Assembly (NCBI GenBank): GCA_937919125.1 | Contig: CALFOB010000146.1 | Location: forward strand, 1-39,857 | DNA: 39,857 nt | Direction of reading: 5' to 3' | DNA from: an uncultured Micrococcales bacterium | GTDB taxonomy: Bacteria; Actinomycetota; Actinomycetes; Actinomycetales; Microbacteriaceae | In this document: positions 36,424 through 39,857 of the stretch, piece after piece | Position numbering within the stretch: the first letter of the stretch is position 1 | How the letters are laid out: each line of letters begins with the position of its first letter | The notes under the pieces: generated by a model | What the model was told of the DNA's origin: nothing | Databases searched by the model: none | Seen by the model: only the letters and a program-made list of their open reading frames with translations | Translations under genes and position numbers: made by a program

Positions 36424-36425
36424 AC

Positions 36426-36680
36426 ATGGCTATTATCCCCACGACAGAAGAAGTGAACCGGTTTCACTTAAACTCGGACAAGGACTCTAGCGCAACGGCT
36501 TTGCACCACACGCTTGGCACTGGCCCATCGCAAGCTTCACCGGGTAATCACAACCACGATGGCAAGAACTCTAAGCGAATAAAGTTCTCAGACATTGAAG
36601 ACGGATGGATGAACATTGACGGCGGAGAACCTCACACCGTCTACACACCTATTCCTCACATGGACGGCGGTTCAATTTAA
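36426..36680 (+). CDS. Hypothetical virion-associated protein
   Basis: [21 protein letters not shown]; leaderless start. Confidence 0.75.
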   Translation: MAIIPTTEEVNRFHLNSDKDSSATALHHTLGTGPSQASPGNHNHDGKNSKRIKFSDIEDGWMNIDGGEPHTVYTPIPHMDGGSI

Positions 36681-38425
36681 TGGCAGTTATTATTCAGATT
36701 CGTCGCGGTGTTGCGTCTGCTTGGACTTCAGCTAACCCTGTTCTTGCGCAAGGTGAGATGGGTGTTGAAACTGACACGCTCAAAGTAAAGATTGGTAACG
36801 GCACTAGCAACTGGGTTTCTTTGCCTTACTTCACTCAAGGTGTTGCAGGTTTGTCTGCGTACCAGATCGCGGTTGCTAACGGCTTTGTTGGTACTGAGGC
36901 TGCTTGGGTTGCGTCACTTGAGGGCGATGTTGGCCCACAGGGTCCGCAAGGTATTCAGGGTCCAACTGGTGCAACTGGTGCTACCGGTGCCACTGGTGCT
37001 ACTGGTCCGCAGGGCTTGCAAGGTATTCAGGGTGAGATTGGCCCACAGGGTATTCAAGGTATTCAGGGTGTCAAGGGTGACACTGGTGATACTGGTCCGC
37101 AGGGTATTCAAGGTATTCAGGGTATCCAAGGTATTCAGGGCGAAACTGGCCCTACTGGCCCACAGGGTATCCAAGGTGTTCAGGGGCCTATTGGTGCTGC
37201 AGCAACCATTGAAGGTTCCGTACCTACCGTAGGTGACTTGCCAACAACTGGCGTTACTTCAGGTGACGGTTACATTGTTCAAGCTGACGGCGACCTTTAC
37301 ATTTGGAATGGCAGCACTTGGACTAGCGTCGGTCAGATTGTTGGACCAGAAGGTCCGCAAGGTTTGACTGGTGCTACTGGTGCTACTGGCCCTACTGGAC
37401 CTCAAGGCCCACAAGGTATTCAGGGCGACACTGGTCTGACTGGTCCCACTGGCGCTACTGGCCCTCAAGGCCCGCAGGGTATTCAGGGTATTCAGGGCGA
37501 TGTCGGCCCTACTGGCCCACAAGGACCCCAAGGCTTACAGGGCGACACCGGCTTGACTGGTGCCACTGGTGCTACTGGCCCACAAGGCCCGCAAGGTATT
37601 CAGGGCAACACTGGACCTGCCGGTCCAACTGGCCCTACTGGTGCTACTGGTGCAACAGGTGCTACTGGTCCGGGCGTAGCAGCGGGCGGCACTGCTGGGC
37701 AGATCCTTGCCAAGGTTGATGGCGCAGACTACAACACAACTTGGATTGACAACTACACCGGGCAGGTCAAGCATCTTGTAAAGAATAACTCTGGGGCTAC
37801 CATGCCTAAGGGTTCGGTTGTTTACATTTCGTCTTCTGACGGAACAAACATGAACGTTTCGCTTTCGGACGCAGACACTGAGCCTACATCTTCGAAGACT
37901 ATAGGTATTCTTGAGTCTGAGTTGGTTACTGGCGGCATCGGCTATGTAATCACTGAAGGTCTACTTGCAGGTTTGAACACTAGCACCGCTACTGCTGGTC
38001 AGTCGATTTGGCTATCTTCAACTGCTGGTCAGTTTGTGTATGGCGCACCACCTGCAAAACCTGCACACTCGGTTTACCTAGGTGTTGTCACCCGCGTGCA
38101 AAGCATCAACGGTGAAATCTTCGTCAAGGTTCAAAACGGTTACGAACTTGAAGAGCTCCACAACGTTTTGATTGATGGGTCACTTGCCAACAAACAAGTT
38201 CTACAGTACGACTCTGCGACTTCTTTGTGGAAAAACGCAACTATCTCTGCAGGTGTTAGCGTTTCGGAAACTCCGCCGTCTTCGCCAAGCAACGGCGACC
38301 AGTGGTTCAACTCTGCAACTGGTAGGTCTTATGTTTACTTTGACTCGTTCTGGATTGAAACTGGCGTTGCAGGTGGAGCAGCAGTTACAGATCCTTTGCA
38401 CCCTATGTTGTTGGCTTTCAGTTAG
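36680..38425 (+). CDS. Tail fibre with Mtd_N-like N-terminus and collagen triple-helix repeats
   Basis: [27 protein letters not shown]; two Gly-X-Y blocks. Confidence 0.85.
   Translation: MAVIIQIRRGVASAWTSANPVLAQGEMGVETDTLKVKIGNGTSNWVSLPYFTQGVAGLSAYQIAVANGFVGTEAAWVASLEGDVGPQGPQGIQGPTGATGATGATGATGPQGLQGIQGEIGPQGIQGIQGVKGDTGDTGPQGIQGIQGIQGIQGETGPTGPQGIQGVQGPIGAAATIEGSVPTVGDLPTTGVTSGDGYIVQADGDLYIWNGSTWTSVGQIVGPEGPQGLTGATGATGPTGPQGPQGIQGDTGLTGPTGATGPQGPQGIQGIQGDVGPTGPQGPQGLQGDTGLTGATGATGPQGPQGIQGNTGPAGPTGPTGATGATGATGPGVAAGGTAGQILAKVDGADYNTTWIDNYTGQVKHLVKNNSGATMPKGSVVYISSSDGTNMNVSLSDADTEPTSSKTIGILESELVTGGIGYVITEGLLAGLNTSTATAGQSIWLSSTAGQFVYGAPPAKPAHSVYLGVVTRVQSINGEIFVKVQNGYELEELHNVLIDGSLANKQVLQYDSATSLWKNATISAGVSVSETPPSSPSNGDQWFNSATGRSYVYFDSFWIETGVAGGAAVTDPLHPMLLAFS
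36923..37676 (+). repeat. Collagen-like Gly-X-Y coding repeats (two blocks)
   Basis: Repeated ggtattcaa/ggcccacag/ggtgctact codon units. Confidence 0.85.
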
Positions 38426-38434
38426 GATTAGATT

Positions 38435-38767
38435 ATGGCATTCGAATACAAAATCTTAGGACAGTCTGCGCCTGCTGCGACGACTGCAACTAACGTTTAC
38501 ACTGTGCCTGCTGCACGTAGCGCAGTTATCAGCACCATCGTTGTATGCAACCGTGTTGCTACTGCTGCGACTTATCGTATTGCTTTGCGACCTGCAGGTG
38601 CCACTTTGGCTAACTTGCACTATATCGCTTATGACGTGACTGTTGGTGCAGGTGACTCGACCACTATCTCTTTGGGCTTGACGCTTGCAACTACTGATGT
38701 GATTACTATTTACGCTTCGACTGCTAACTTGTCGTTTACGGTTACTGGTTCAGAAATCAGTGCATAA
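38435..38767 (+). CDS. Small beta-rich virion protein
   Basis: YKILGQSAP..YTVP..F..TGSEI. Confidence 0.7.
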   Translation: MAFEYKILGQSAPAATTATNVYTVPAARSAVISTIVVCNRVATAATYRIALRPAGATLANLHYIAYDVTVGAGDSTTISLGLTLATTDVITIYASTANLSFTVTGSEISA

Positions 38768-39354
38768 TGGCGGTAGGGTCACTCAAACGCTCTAGCATCG
38801 CAGCGTACACAAAGTATGACAGCATGTTGGCTGGCAATGCTTTCACGCCTACAACGTTTGATTATGAGCATTTGGGTACGACCGTGTTGTCATCTTCACA
38901 AGCGTCAGTGACGTTCACTTTGCCAAGCAATGCCGCTACTGAGTATAAGCATTTGCAGCTGCGAATTGCCGCTGTGCCAACGGCAGACACACTAATGCAA
39001 ATTAGGTTCAACGGAGACACAGCTGCGAACTATTCGTACCACGGCCTGCAGGGGTACGGTACAGGGATTGATAGCTTTAGCGGAGTATCTCAGACTGCAG
39101 GCTGGTTGGGCTATAGCCCAGTTGGAAGCACTTTTCCTTCTGTAGCCATACTGGATTTGCTCGATCCGTTTAACGATACAAAATACAAAACGACTAGATC
39201 TTTGTATGGCTCAACACAGTCTGGCGGAAATCGTATTATGCTCATGTCTTCGTCTTGGCGCAGTACAGCAACAGTCACTAGCGTAACTATATTGACAAAT
39301 ACGGGCAACTACCTGACCGGCTCGCGCTTTTCGATCTATGGTGTGAAAGGATAG
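38767..39354 (+). CDS. Tail-associated protein (paralogue 1)
   Basis: YKHLQLRI..RFNGDT..NY..W.STA.VTS..GSRFSIYG. Confidence 0.7.
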   Translation: MAVGSLKRSSIAAYTKYDSMLAGNAFTPTTFDYEHLGTTVLSSSQASVTFTLPSNAATEYKHLQLRIAAVPTADTLMQIRFNGDTAANYSYHGLQGYGTGIDSFSGVSQTAGWLGYSPVGSTFPSVAILDLLDPFNDTKYKTTRSLYGSTQSGGNRIMLMSSSWRSTATVTSVTILTNTGNYLTGSRFSIYGVKG

Positions 39355-39356
39355 CC

Positions 39357-39851
39357 ATGCCTAACGCACTAGTACCTTTAGCCTCTTTCACCCTTACGTC
39401 TGCACAAGCGACAGTGGTCTTTGCTGGCATCCCGAGCAATGGGTTTAGGGACTTGCGCTTGGTCGTTAGTGCTGCAACGGCAACTGAAGGTAACTTTTTT
39501 GTTCGCGTCAATAGCGACTCTGGGAACAACTATGCCTACGTCAACATGCGAGGCTCGGGCGGTGGAGCCCAGTCATCCTCTGCCGGCTCAGCAAGCGGTT
39601 TTATCACAAACTTTACAACGGGCCAGACCGCTGGAGAAGTGGGAACAAATGTTTATGATTTTTTTGACTATGCACAAACCGACAAACAGAAATCGGTCCT
39701 AGTTAGAAATAACCACACGGGCGAAGTTGGTGCGCTTGCTGGCAGATGGGCTAATACCTCAGCGATTATTTCAGTCACCATTTACGGCAACACCCCCTCC
39801 GGCAACTTCTCTGCTGGCAGCACATTTAATTTGTTTGGAGTTATCGGATGA
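39357..39851 (+). CDS. Tail-associated protein (paralogue 2)
   Basis: FRDLRLV..RVNSD..NY..WANTSAI.S..GSTFNLFG; similar to the preceding gene. Confidence 0.7.
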   Translation: MPNALVPLASFTLTSAQATVVFAGIPSNGFRDLRLVVSAATATEGNFFVRVNSDSGNNYAYVNMRGSGGGAQSSSAGSASGFITNFTTGQTAGEVGTNVYDFFDYAQTDKQKSVLVRNNHTGEVGALAGRWANTSAIISVTIYGNTPSGNFSAGSTFNLFGVIG

Positions 39852-39857
39852 CGCAAA

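Noticed and set aside
36923-37676. DNA repeat array or DGR template
   Set aside because: Explained by collagen Gly-X-Y codons; no reverse transcriptase or TR/VR pair seen despite the Mtd_N-like domain
1-39857. tRNA, integrase, DNA polymerase, RNA polymerase or ParA/ParB genes
   Set aside because: No diagnostic motifs seen in this window; they may lie outside it

Overview
A roughly 40-kb segment of a tailed dsDNA phage with podovirus-like (short-tail) architecture, probably infecting an Actinobacterium (GAAAGG/AGGAG ribosome-binding sites, TANNNT -10 boxes, apparently leaderless genes, M23 endolysin). Left arm (mostly minus strand): metallophosphoesterase, HNH-like protein, RepB/AEP-type primase fused to an SF3 helicase, SSB-like protein, Cas4-like exonuclease, SNF2 helicase, many small Cys-rich genes, two winged-HTH proteins, a nested inverted-repeat intergenic region (candidate origin) and an early/leading region with an Ocr-like DNA mimic. 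From about 14 kb: double-XRE regulator, DUF3310-like protein, putative small terminase, inverted HNH endonuclease, lysis cassette. 18.5-36.4 kb (minus): internal/ejection proteins, tail nozzle and adaptor, major capsid, scaffold, portal, large terminase, Holliday junction resolvase. 36.4 kb to the end (plus): collagen-like tail fibre and associated proteins. No integrase, ParA/ParB, DNA polymerase, tRNA or CRISPR array was seen. The most notable non-coding signals are a perfect chromosomal-type parS palindrome in the capsid promoter, a duplicated early-promoter module with a shared 12-bp operator-like motif, a repeated AACC-rich start-associated leader, and a nested hairpin near an apparent strand-skew switch. 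All calls come from reading motifs by eye; no database searches were run.
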